Part shown: positions 50,166 to 63,600 of the stretch, piece by piece | How the letters are laid out: the number at the start of each line of letters is the position of its first letter | Numbering within the stretch: position 1 is the first letter of the stretch | Source: Ruditapes philippinarum | Taxonomy: Eukaryota | NCBI RefSeq assembly: GCF_026571515.1 | Contig: NW_026856986.1 | Location: 310,001 to 374,000 of the forward strand | DNA: 64,000 bases | Direction of reading: 5' to 3' | Program-made: the position numbers and the translations under genes | Notes under the pieces: generated by a model | Seen by the model: the letters and a program-made list of their open reading frames with translations, nothing else | Databases searched by the model: none | What the model was told of the DNA's origin: nothing

Positions 50166-53100
50166 TTAACCAATGAGTGATGGTCCGGTTGAAATACCTA
50201 AAAACGGAAACGTAGAAAAAATATCAATAGCATATGAAATTTTTTTTATTCCCTTTCACAATAAATATTGTAAAACAAGTTCATAAAATTATAATAGTCA
50301 AATATCAACATGAATAAAACAAAACTTTCTTTACACCTTTCTGCTTCGCATAATATAGATTGTAAAATATAATCATTTTTAGAAAAATTAATAATGCAAC
50401 AAAGTGTTAAAAACAGATAATGAAAAAGATTATATAAATTGGCATAGAGGCGGTCTTAAAGACATAACATTAATCAAAGGGCTGCAAGCTCTGTGGTATT
50501 TTCTTTGCAATCTAAAAAGTACAGTATATATGTATGTATTTTCCTGTTTAAGTTTATTTGTATATACTATAATTCATCCTGCAGGGCACCGAGATGCAGC
50601 GACTGTGTTTACAAGACAAGCTCTGTTATAAAATTCAAACATGTTTGCATATCATTTACTAGTAAAAGTAAAAAAAAAAGACCGGAGGAAAAAAAGTATA
50701 GACTGTGTTTAGATTTTTTACTATAACAGTTTGAGTTTGATACATACGGAATTTTGCATGACTAGAGTTGCATTAAAAAATCATTTATTTTCATTTTGTA
50801 TGACAGCAAACACTTTATCCTTGCATATCGTGGCTTCTACCTTAAAAAAGACACTTAAATAAAAAGTTCCCCTCGGCTGGGATTTGAATCCCAGACCTCT
50901 CACACCTTAAACGGTGGGTTACCCCTGCATTTCGGGGAAGTTATACGAAGAACGCCTGAATAGAATCAAATAATTCTAAATTCAGAATTTCCATTTAGGG
51001 TTTGTAATCCTTAATATTTTCGAGGTATTTTGTTCACGATAGATCTGTTGTTTAACATTGATATAAATACTTTAGCGAAACTTTTCTCGCCAAAACAGCC
51101 CGACATGTATATATTCCACTTCTTGAGAGTCAGTTTTATTTGTGTAATACGCTCTGAAGTATTCGGTTATCGACATCGCTAAAAGTACCATTTTCATTGA
51201 TTAAAATCATATTTATCCGCCTAATTTGTGAATGTGCATTTAGTGACAATACTATAAGCCAGCGCTACTTTTAAACTTTGAATGCGTTGTAATTTGTCGG
51301 ATACTTTAACAACAACAAAAATGTTTCTTTAACATCGCTAGTTTCAAGCTGTTTTGTGAACCAGTTGTTGTTAGGTTTGTCGTGTAGCGCTATGCCAGAG
51401 ATTGAATATCAGCATAATATTCAGAAAATACAAAAACGAAATACTTACTGTATTCACACAAGAGTGGATGGGTTTCCCCGGAAGAAGACGTGCCACCAAA
51501 CAAGGAGTGATGTGTATACCCACATGGTATATCATCCCATTGACCATTTTTATACGGTATCAATACAACACAGTCTTCTTGACTAGAGCTTGCATAGTTC
51601 GCAATGTGTCCCGGAACCCAATTTGTATAATGAGTATATTGCCCTAAACATGTTTATGCAAATGCAAGGTCTGTGAAAATACTTCTTAATAGTAAGATCA
51701 ACGCGTTTGTATTATTTCAATTGTCATGATATTTATTTAACTTAAATTGCATAATATAACAATAATATATATTGTTAGTTCTTAGCCCTTTCGCCGCCAG
51801 AGGGTTATTAATTTATTGATCACCTATATGCCAGAGGGTTTTCTATGAAATTTCTATATTATATTATTAACATAATCATAATAATTATTTGTTATAAGTA
51901 TTACAATAATTAAATATGTTTCCAAATCTGAAGTAAAATAATAATTATTGTCGATGGTATAATTATCTATATATTTATTATAATAATCATTATTATCATT
52001 ATTATTATTTTTATTATTAATATTATTTTTATTTTCATTATAATTATTATTATTATTATTATTATAGAAATGACAAAAGCCGTCCAAATGGCAAATACGC
52101 TGAAAATAACAAGGACAGCATATGCCCTTCTTAATTCAGTGAAAGGGTTAATGTTACATAAATATTTGTAATGTTATTATAAAACGTAATGTAATATTGT
52201 CGCATAGTATTTCTAGGCTCCTAGCTAAAAGATACTTAATGACAAATGAAAAACAATAAACTTTTATTATATAAGTTCAACCTGATTCCCAATGGAACCG
52301 TCCCTCCGTGTGTCTGTCTGTAAGACCAATCCAAACAGCATGATCAGGAAAATGACTCTTCATAAAGCTTTGGATAAAATTCTGTTCCTGTGAACTAGTT
52401 ATAAAAACAAGATGTCCACCTCTAGAAGAACATATTTGTTCAGCATGTTGCCAGGAAACTTTTTCATTTGAAACCAGTTCGTAACAACTTTGATCATGCT
52501 GTGCAAGTGTGCCATTGTCTCTTTGTGCTTGTAGTTGAAGTCTGTGTGGACACAGGTTAATGTTACCTGAAAATAATCTTCTGTATACTCATCTGAATTG
52601 AAAAGAGGTTTTTATCTAAATTTATCAATTTCTCATACAAAATACATTATTAATTATGATAGTGTGTGTTTAATCTCATGTAAATAAGGAACTCTTTGTG
52701 TAACCAAATAAGGAATATATACAGAATAAAAATGTAACCGTAATGTCAACTGAATAGTAATTATATTAATTTATATCAAGTGAAAAGTTTTTCCTCACCA
52801 TCAATAGTTGGATTTAGTGGATTTAGTGGAGTTACTGTGGCTGAAAGAAGAAGAAAAATCTTATATGCTATTCTTATGAGAAATAATATATCAACAATAA
52901 TAACACAAGACACGTTTCGTTTAGCTTTTATTCCACTTATTATTATATCTAAATAATTTATTTGTTTAAATATTAAGCTTTTAGTTATACATGAAAGGTT
53001 GTGTTCAAAATAGATGGTCATCACTTGTAGAAAAAACAGCATCTGGCAGTTTCAAAAATGTCTTCACATCTCGTTTTAATTTCTTGACTTTAATGAAGTT

Positions 53101-56100
53101 TGTATTTAATTGATACAGTATTACCCCAAACCACTTTCACACAAAAAATTCCATAATTCGGAATTGAATTGAATAGATTTTTTTCAAACAAAAAATATCA
53201 AACCATATTGACATATGAACGCATGGCGAATTCCCTGTATTAGTTCCGATAGACCGTTATCACCACCGCATTGTATATCGTCCCATTCCCCTGTAGTTGG
53301 TGTCATAAATACACAATCTTCGGAGTTGTGATAACGATAGTCTTTTCGTCCAGGCTTCCAGTTTTCATACGTTACAGCATTGCCTTGAATGCAATTATTA
53401 TTGCATTATACGATAATACATTAATGTCACTTTATAACAAAGTCAATAAGCTACGTGTCATCATATTTTAATTTATTATCGCTTTTCAACAACAATGTGA
53501 AAAAGTTATATGCACCGAAAATTAAGAAAATTGAAAATGTATTTCCGGTAAGTATTTGGTTTGTGCTATAAATACGTAGGTGTTTAGACAGCATTAATGA
53601 TTTTAACAAAAGTGATATTTTACAACAGTTCATTGATTACCTGACGTCCATTCAAAGCTTTCTTCAATGTTTCTATCATGCAAACCCAACCACACTGTGT
53701 GCGTATGATGCTTTACAAGAAAATCAAAAATAAAATCTTGTTCCTGCTGGTTTGCTATGTGTATCAAGTGGCCTCCATCACCTTTACAAATTGACTCCGC
53801 GTGAGACCATGATACGTCTGAGTCAACGATTTCGTAGCAATTTTGTCCAAATTGTGCTAAATGTTCTCCCTTTGACTGAGCGGCCAGCTGTTGAATTCTT
53901 TGTGGGCATAATTCAACATGACCTAACAACGGAATAGAGATATACGAAAGTTATATGAATGGAAGAACAGGCATCATGCTTACTTTGTGAATCATCATTA
54001 ATTTTTAAAACTTCTTAAATTAGAGAATTTTTTAGATTGTACAATACGATATTAGTGTTACGTTCATGTTATGTTACGTGCCCTTAATGTGATCATTTTC
54101 TTGTGTCTAGTGGTACCAGTTTTCTTTTTAAATACTAGTTCATCACCCATAAGAAAGTGGTCTCTGCCTTTGATTTCTTCTTAAAGCAGCTAGTTGTGGT
54201 ATGCAACCTTATTACCACCATCGACATTTTAAAAATCTCCTCCAATTTTTTCACGTGTACATTTTGTGCTAGAAGACCATATGCGTTTTTCCTACATGGA
54301 ATGTCACGAACATGTCACCTTAATTTTTTTATGCCTTTAGAACATATTTGTGTTTATGTTGTTTAGTTCAAATGTTCACCTTTGAACAGGCTTGATCAAA
54401 AACCGCCCACAAGTATTCAATTTCTGTCGTATTTATTCTTAATTTCACATTTAAATAATAATTTTTGTTTTTTAATATACTTATAGCCTTTCAGAAAACT
54501 TGGTTTTTGGGCTGGACATTTGTAGTGTTGCCGTAGTCAATTTTTGTTGTCGTCCGTTGTTGGTTAAAGTACTTGTTACTCTGTGTTGTTGTTGTTGTTG
54601 TTGTGACTTGCTGTGGCTGTTTGATGTTGTGCTTGTTGGTAATCTTGTGGTTGAACTTGTCGTTACACAAGTGGCTACTGTTGTTTGTGAAGACGGCCCA
54701 TTGTTGTTGTAGAAGAAAGCTGTAGTAGGCACCGTTTTTGTTGTTTGAGGGCTTGTTGTTGTTCGGTAAGTTGGATGGTTCTCTATAACTTGTTGTGATT
54801 TGTTGTCAATGCATTTCTGTTGTGGTAAATTACCTGTTGAAAATGGTGGTGTTTTTGTTCGTTCGTAAAATTTGTATATGTGTTTTCTATCTCAACAGAA
54901 AACCCTTTTGAAAAATCCTTCAAAATTCAGCACAGAAAAGGAAAACATTGAAGCATTTGTTTATATTAATTATCATGCTGGATTTCAATCCATCTCATAT
55001 TCGAAAATATGCCAAAAAGTGTACAATAACATCAACTTAAAGCCATAAATAAATCAGAGTGAAAGGGGACGGTAAAATTGAAAAATCGATGATTACAAAA
55101 ATAAGGGTTATAATATTTTCGGAACTAATCCTGTCACAGGGATCAGCCGAAAATAGCGAGATATGTGCTTAAATGACCATTGACAATCAATTATTGGCTT
55201 AACGTGGGCAAAATAACATGGTATTCCCGACGGACACACATATAGATGACCAAACCCACTAACCATCCCACCATATGGGGTTCTGCGGAATTGAGACTGG
55301 GTCTCATAAAGGGCAGCCGGAAAATTGCAAGATATGAGCTAAAATTAACCAGTTATCTTTTGCCCAGGGAAATGTTATCATCTCTGGCTAGCCAATCCAG
55401 CCGGGAACAGCAGGACTAGCCATAAAGTGTTACGGCTGCGCCGGCTGTCTTGGTTACTTTTATAAACATTGTTAACGCACAAAATGAGTTTTTCTTGGGA
55501 ACTAATTTTCAGTCATTAGTAAACAACTGAAAATTGAAAAAGATTAAGAAGAAATGGTCTACTTAAGAATACCTGGCATGGTTTAATTTCTGCAATTTTT
55601 AACGTCTGTTTCATTTCCGGAGCAGTTTAAACCTCCACCAGTAGGTGCTGGTTTTGTAATGTTCGTATTCTACTCTGTTTTCCATTCCACATGTATTGCT
55701 ACAAGAGAACCACTCGGACCATTAAGACCAATTTCCATCAACTAGAAAGAAATTTAAAATTTAGGCAATTTTAATGAGAGAAAATAGAGAAATATGGATC
55801 GCTGTACAATTAAAGAAATTATACTTTGAAAAAAACCCTTTAAGTAAAATAATTTTTTTTTTTAAAAAAGCATTTTTAAATGTTTTTAGAGATTTTGTAA
55901 TCAATTACTTTTAATAAAATGGTAATATTTTGTACAAGTTATATATACAAATTTTGCAAATTACTTTCCCCTTTTTAAATTTTAGTTAAAATAATACTAA
56001 AATTTAAAACAAAAAACAAAAAAAAATGTTATTTCAATCATACTGTTTGCAAGATCACAAAATCGGGGCATATAACCCGGGCTGCTGAGTATCACTGCAA

Positions 56101-58972
56101 ACATTTGTCACGGTATTGAGGTAGGCACAGTCGATTTTATGATCGTCAATACACGATGATGCTGAAAATATTGAGATGCTATGTAATAAGGATACATTTT
56201 GTATGTTTATTATATTTCATTGTAAACTATTCATCTATAGTGAAGTGGTATTTAAATAAATTTGTCAATAAAGCATTGATAATTTTGATCCGAATTTAGT
56301 ACTTAAAAACAAAACAAACAGAAAACACACGCGCATGTTTGCATGCAAATTTAATGTAAAAGTTGTTTGCATAAAACATGATAAAAAAACAGTTGCATTC
56401 GTCATTAAAAGTAGAATAATTATACGTTTGAAATGTTCACAAAGTGGTTTATTGCATCTATCTGAGCTACAACATTCATGACAGTCATTATTTTGTCCTT
56501 GTAAACCACGGCCAACCAATCCTGTCGCAACTCCTCTATGAGTACCACATTGCTGTAACGGAGTAAAAGAAAGCACACAAGTTAAACATTATTTAATGAT
56601 ATACTTCTGAAAAAAGAAATGCATTGCATCGAAAGCACGTGGGTTGTATTTATAACGAAATCATAAAAGCTAAAGCAAACTTTGCACATCATATAACTTT
56701 AAATATTTAATGTTAGCTCTTATTTGAGTTGCAAATTTAAAAAAAAAACATAATTTAAATTGGTATTTACATGTTTGTCAATACATCCTAGTGAATACAT
56801 CTGATTCTGTCCAACTGTTGACAAACCATGGAAGCATGTCTGCCAAAAAGCAAAAATTGAATTAAATCATAATGTTTAAATAAATTGGGTTTAACCCCAG
56901 TAATTTGTTTGTCAATATTTAATTTTTTTCTTTTTTTTTAAAATTTACTGTTATCTTAATCCCTTTTTAACAAAAAGTCATCCAAAAATTTATTTAAGGG
57001 TGGCCCGAAGTGTTTTTCAAATCATAAAAGGGGGTTTTCGAAATAAAACATTTAAAAACCCAAAAAAACAATTTTTTCTTAATTTAAGGATGTTTTACTT
57101 GTTTATGTAAAAACATTTTTTGAAAATTTTACATTGAAATACACCCAAATTTTAGCATTTTCCATTAAAAAACAAAAATTTTGAAAAATTAAAAGGGAAA
57201 AAAACCCCCCCCCAACCCCTTTCCCAATGAAAGGGTTTTGAGCCAAATTTTCTAAAAAAAAGATTTTAAATTCCCCCCGGAAAACTTTTTAAAAAAAAAT
57301 TTGTTTAAAAACCAAAAAAAGGGGGAAAAAAAAAAAATTTTTAACCCTTTTTTGGTTTAATTTCCCTGGTTACTTGAAACCAGGCGCATTTAATAATGTC
57401 GTTACACTGATTGATATTTGTTGAGTTAGTGCATACATAACACTCCAGCGATGCTTTAAAAGAGAAATAACGGCACGAATATTTGAATTTTATAACATGA
57501 AGGATAAGGATTTTTACCAACACTATATTATATGTTCAAATAATTGAATAACAAGCAAATTGAATTACATATTGTAACTTAATATGAGAAAACAATGCTA
57601 ACTTTTTAAGACAAAAAGAAAGGAAAAAAGGCAACCAATAACATACATGTTTAACACGCTTTACAATGGTTTCATGCGAAAAGATATTCAAATAATGATA
57701 TAATACTTTAAAAAATAACTAAATAAACATACTATTATAAAGTACAAAAATGATTTAAAAAGATATTTTAATAACTAACCTGCATTTCTTATATAAGCAA
57801 ACCAAAAGAAAAACACTTTGATTGCTGTAAAGTAAAATAAGCATTTTTACAGAACGGTTTTGTCACGCAAAATTATGTATTTGTTAGAACTTTCGATTTC
57901 ATATACGCTATGTTGTAGATAAGAATATAAAGAGGCTAATTTACATTTACTTGTTTTATGAGGTGGCGTTATGCATGATTTTAAGTCAGTTCCTATTCTA
58001 AATAAGGATAAATATATTATATTATCCTAACGATATCTCATAATTTGAAATAAATTACAAAGACCCCATTATTGAAACAAACCACAAAAAAATGTGGCCT
58101 TTGATCGGATATAAAGTAATGTTTCCTATCATTTTCTTTTCAAATAGAATCTTATGATTAAGCACCTGTGAATAAAACAGTTCAAGAGGTTTGTCTACTT
58201 TTCAGCAATTGTATGTCGGAAGCAGTATACCTATATAGTGACATATATAGATAAGGATTCATTCAAAAGGATAAGAAATTTCTTTTAAGTCATCATTACT
58301 AAATGCGAGAAAGTTATCGTATAATTCTTGACATATTGTAACAGGTCTGTAGAGTATCTTAATAATATATACATGTAGTTTACTAACGTGAAATAAAGCA
58401 AACATTTACTAAATGTCTTTTAAACGGGCATATAAAAATTTTAAAAAAAGTCATTGGTTCATATATTTTTGTAGTTTTTAGGGCACATCAAGTCTTTTAT
58501 TATCTTTTGGTGTCCTGTTATGAGTTCTAAATAGGACCCATTGGCATTTTCTTAACTGTTCAACCATCTTTTGCTTCTGTTACTTTTTTTGCCATCAGTT
58601 CAATGATCGTGATTTAGTATTTTGTGAGGAAGTCAAATACTACTTTGTTTGCATTTTACTAGTACATTCACGACACAAGATTTTACCTTCAACGCTACTT
58701 CCTCTAGATTATATATTTTCACCAGGTAATATGCATATGACATGCTCTAAAACCATTCTTTAAACGTTGAAAGAACTCTTGTCTATCGAAGGAAAAATTA
58801 AATCGTTTCTGATAATGTGCCTTCGAAGTGGTCCGAAAATATTAGAAAATTAACATATCAAATTACGATATTTCATGACTATTTGTGATTTCAAGAAAGA
58901 AAAAAGAAAGAAAAGATATTTTTAAATGTCCACAAAAAAAATTAAATTCCTACTTATCATGTTCAAATCCAT
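50166..58972 (-). CDS. Gene F: secreted Ly6/uPAR-like + ShKT + TSP1 + mucin + tandem C-type lectin protein (middle exons garbled)
   Basis: Exons 58954-58972, 57780-57824, 57374-57453, 56771-56839, 56426-56552, ~56043-56161 (ShKT), ~55574-55741 (TSP1), ~54488-54860 (mucin), 53641-53922 + 53204-53383 (CTLD1), 52799-52840, 52282-52566 + 51449-51643 (CTLD2), 50166-50197 (ISTGPSLIG*). The ShKT, TSP1 and mucin exons carry many 1-nt indels within a visibly low-quality stretch; closest paralogue of E. Confidence 0.75.
50440..51398. mobile_element. ~950-bp insertion in the last intron of gene F (unclassified)
   Basis: The intron is 1251 bp versus 303 bp (E) and 287 bp (G); short inverted ends tggcatag / ctatgcca. 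Confidence 0.45.
51782..52151. mobile_element. piggyBac-like MITE, copy 2
   Basis: ttag|ccctttcgccgcca ... cagtgaaaggg|ttaa; interior homologous to 18746-19078; absent from the E and G paralogous intron. Confidence 0.75.
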
Positions 58973-58985
58973 TTTTTTTTGTCTA

Positions 58986-59074
58986 AAGATAGATAAGATA
59001 AAAAAAGGCATACGACTCATAGAAGAATTAATGTCACTTGATAAGAGAACCAATGTCATTGAAGGGGAGATAGT
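58986..59074 (-). promoter_or_regulatory. GATA-site cluster upstream of gene F
   Basis: agatagataagataa..gactcat..cacttgataagagaa..ggggagatag. Confidence 0.5.
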
Positions 59075-60634
59075 ATGAGTTAAACGGCTTGTTTTGGACG
59101 AATAAAACGTTGACATTGCTACCGAGACGATGCAATAATAAGTATAGATAAAATACAATATGTTATATCAGTTGAAAAAAAACAACATTTAATTACAATC
59201 TACTTCAATCAATATTATAAAATATATTTTAAACGTTCGTTAATTATATATATTTATTTTAGTTTTTTGGCATTTTGTCGGACTAAGCATACGGCCATCT
59301 TAAATATGGTAATACATTTAGAAGTATTTACTGTAGTAGTAATCTTTATGTAATATTTCCAAAAGGGTATATTGTCGCTATCTTGATAATTTTACAAAGT
59401 AGGCATATATTATAATATTGATCTAAATGCACATGTTTATGTATTGCAGAATGTTCTAAGTAATGAATATGCTTACTATAGTTAAGTCCATTACTTTGAG
59501 CTTAATTATTTTACTTGACAATTTTGTTTCTGTTACATTCAGTAAATTTGTTTTCTTCTTTAAATTGGGGTTTTAAATAATAGAAAGTAAACCTTCAGAA
59601 TGCTGATATCATAGGTGTTTTGCAGCTATTTTTTGACAAATTTAGAAAGATTATTTTTGTATATTTTTTTGAATAATTGAATTTTTGTATTACAAATGAA
59701 GTTTATTAAACCCCATTACTGTACTAAGCTTGAGTGACATTCTTGGACCATGAGGACATGATAACAATTAAACTAAAGGTGTTGAATTCTAATTGGGTAG
59801 AATAGTTATGTTTAAAGCATTCTGATTAAAATCATTTTGTTGTTAAGAGAATATTAAGTCTGATTCCCTGCCTACATTAAGTATGGAAATAACACAGTTT
59901 AAGGGAAAGGAACTCCAGACTAAGAGAATATTATGCAGATTGAGACATGCTAGAGCTATGATCTAAAGTATACTTAATAATGTTTATTTTAAGTTATTGA
60001 TTAGACTTTGTAAATAATATGTTACATAACTTACCATGGATATAACATAACATTACATTCCTGTCAAATATGTCATCAAATTTCATCTAAAAAGGTAGGA
60101 AAATGTACAGTCATGTTCAAGGCAAATAACATATCTTTCGAATTCGGCATTCTCCTGTCCATCAAGCTTCTACATTACTAATTTTAGGGATAAAATTTAA
60201 AAAGCAAAGCTCAGCACGAACATATTACATTCCTAAAATCTATATTGTGTTAATCCTCCATTGAAAGTAACTAGTTAACACGTAAGGTCATACATTTTGG
60301 AAATCTAAAATATTGTCAAATATTTGTAAAAGTCAATATACATAAATAAAAATATATCATTCAAAGCACCAAATGTAAAGTTTAATCCGTTTTCGTTTTG
60401 TTGTTCAATAGTGATTTCCTAAATAAGTGTTTGGTCCATTACCTTCATCCATTATTCCTACAGACTTATTATATCTTCAGTAATAATATTTTAAAGACCA
60501 CGTTTAATTTTTGGTCATAGTCTACAAAGCAATGAAACAGATAATTTCAGATATGAATACTCAAGTTTGAGAAACAAAGCAGTCTTTATTCACGACAAAA
60601 CATTTCACAACACTTGTCATCGATACAATCGTTC

Positions 60635-63600
60635 TTAACCAATGATTGAAGGTCCGGTTGAAATACCTAAAAACAGAAACGTAGAAAAGATATCAATGGT
60701 ACATGATGATTCTTTTATTCCTTTAACATTCAAATACTGTAATGTACGTGAACACATAAATTATTGTTATATTGTAACATGAATAAAACAAACACTTCTT
60801 TTCACATCTCTGTTCTCAATTATGTCAATTTTAACATTTAATTATTATTAAGTAGATTTTATAATGCAACTTAGTTAATAAATCTGAACAAAAATAATGT
60901 AAAATGGCTTAATAGCGGATTCAAAAAGTTAAATGTAAAAACGAAATACTTACTGTATTCACACAAAAGTGGATGGGTTTCACCTGAAGAAGATGTGCCA
61001 CCAAACAAGGAGTGATGTGTATGCCCACATGGTATATCATCCCATTGGCCATTTTTATACGGTATCAATACAACACAGTCTTCCTGACCAGAGCTTGCAT
61101 AGTTCGCAATGTGTCCCGGAACCCAATTTGTATACTGAGCATTTTGTCCTAGACATGTTCATAGAAAAGCAAGGTCTATGAAAATACACGTAATTGTAAA
61201 ATTGGAATTGCGTGATATAACAATGTAGGAAACTACATTATAATGCTGTTTGTTCTTCTTGTCACATACATATTTGTAATAATTTATGTATAGACTCCAA
61301 GCAAATAGATACTAAATGGCAAATGTAAAACAATAAACTTATAATACAAAGTTCAACTTGATCCCCAATGAAACCGTCCCTCCGTGTTTCGGTCTGTGAG
61401 ACCAATCCAAACAGCATGATCCGGGAAATGACTCATCATAAAGCCTTGGATAAAATTCTGTTCTTGTGAACTAGTTATATATACAAGATGTCCGTGTCTG
61501 GAAGAACAAATATCAGATGCGTGCTGCCATGAAACTTTTGCATTCGGAACGAGTTCGTAACAACTGTGTCCATATTGTGCAAGAGTGCCCTTGTCCCTTG
61601 CGGCTTGTTGATGAAGTCCGTATGGACAAAGGTTAGTGTTACCTGAAATTAAATGTTGATTGATAAAGATTTCTATTGAACAGTATCAAATCAAACTGCA
61701 TATAAACTGCATTCAAATTGAAAATGCCTTTCTTTACTCCTGAGTTCATCAGATTATTTGAAAGAAATGATTCTCTTTTGGGTCTATAAAGGCCTTATGT
61801 TGTGACTAATACAAATGTCAAAATTGACGAAACTATGTCTTGAACAGATTATTTTTATTTTTTTGTTCTATTTTTTTTCTAATCAAGGCAGTTGTAATTT
61901 TAAGATATTATACTAAATCAAAAACATAAAAAATCGTTATAACATACAGTGTTTATGATAAAACAGCTTTCAATACATTTTGTATGTTAAGTGAACCTAC
62001 AACACTATCGTTTCTCATTAACTAATCCACGAATTATGAATTAACTTCTTTTACAAAATACCTGAACATATGTTACTCACCATCAACGTGTACATATGAA
62101 GGACTTGTTACAGCTGAATCAAAGAAAAATATTTCTTGTTGAATAATTTAACAAAAATTGACAATTGTAAGTTATAATCATATAAAGCGTTAGAAACTGT
62201 CTGTTCTTTTTCGTTTGTAAAGATTTTATGTTTCCATCAAAATACTGTATCATTGAAACGTGTTGTAAATACAATTAATTTCTTATCAATATCTAAAAAT
62301 ATTTTACCAACCATCAGTAACAGTTATTGTATTTGTTGAGGGTTTCACGGCTGAAAAAGAGACAAATTCTTGTATCAAAAAATCGGCAATACCGTTTTAC
62401 GTAAACAACTGTTTAAATATCATCAGCAAGACACAAATGTCGGCATTAACAATCAATTTTTTCACAAAAGAAAGGTAAGAAATAGACATACCATACTGAC
62501 ATATGAATGCATGACGATGTCCCTGAAATAGCTCAGAGAAAGCCTTATCACCACCGCATTGTATATCGTCCCATTCCCCTGTAGTTTGTGTCATAAATAC
62601 ACAATCTTCGGAGTTGTGATAACGGTAATCTTTTCGTCCAGGCTTCCAGTTTTCGTATGTTACAGCATTGCCTTGAATGCAATTATTATTGCATAATGTG
62701 ATAATAGATTTATGTCATTTCATAACAAGTTTGATAAGCTATGTGTCATCATATTTTTATCTACTTATCGTTTTTCGAAAAAGCGATATGCAATTAAAAT
62801 TTAGATTATTGCAAATGTATTCCCGGTAAGTATTTGGTTTGCGTTATAATGTAGGTGTTTAAACATCAGCATTAATCATTTTAATCGAAAATGATAGTTA
62901 ACAACTGTTACAGTAAAATGTATTACCTGACGTCCATTCAAAACTTTCTTCAGTGTTTCTATCATGCAAACCCAACCACACTGTGTGCGTGTGGTGCTTT
63001 ACAAGAAAATCAAAAATAAAATCCTGTTCCTGCTGGTTTGCTATGTGTATCAAATGACCACCTTGACCTTTACAAATTGACTCCGCGTGTGACCATGATA
63101 CTCCTGAGTCAACGATTTCGTAGCAATTTTGTCCAAACTGTGCTAACAGTTCTCCTCTTGTCTGGGCAAGCTGCTGTATTCTTTGCGGACATAATTCCAC
63201 ATGACCTAACAAAGGAATAGAGATATGCGAAAGTAAAATGACAGAAGATCAGACATCTCAAACGTCATGCTTATTTTGGGTATAATTTCAAAACTCTTGA
63301 ACTGCAATATTGATGATGAACATTTTCTGAACATTTTTTAACTTTTTAATATTAAAGATACATGTGTATTTAAAGATAATTGATGGTCGCACAATGTGAT
63401 ATCAGTGTTGCGTTCATGGTGTGTTATGTGCACTTAATTCAATCACTTCTTGTGTATGATTGTTCCAGTTTTCTATTTAAATACCAGTCCATCACTAATA
63501 AGAAAGTGTTCCCTGCCTTCAAATTTGACTCAGCAGCTATTTGTGTTATGACCACCGTCGACATTTTAAAATTGTACTCCCATATTTTCTCGTGTGCGTT

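Noticed and set aside
51854-52087. Asn-rich ORF
   Set aside because: Translation of the (tta/taa)-rich interior of a MITE.
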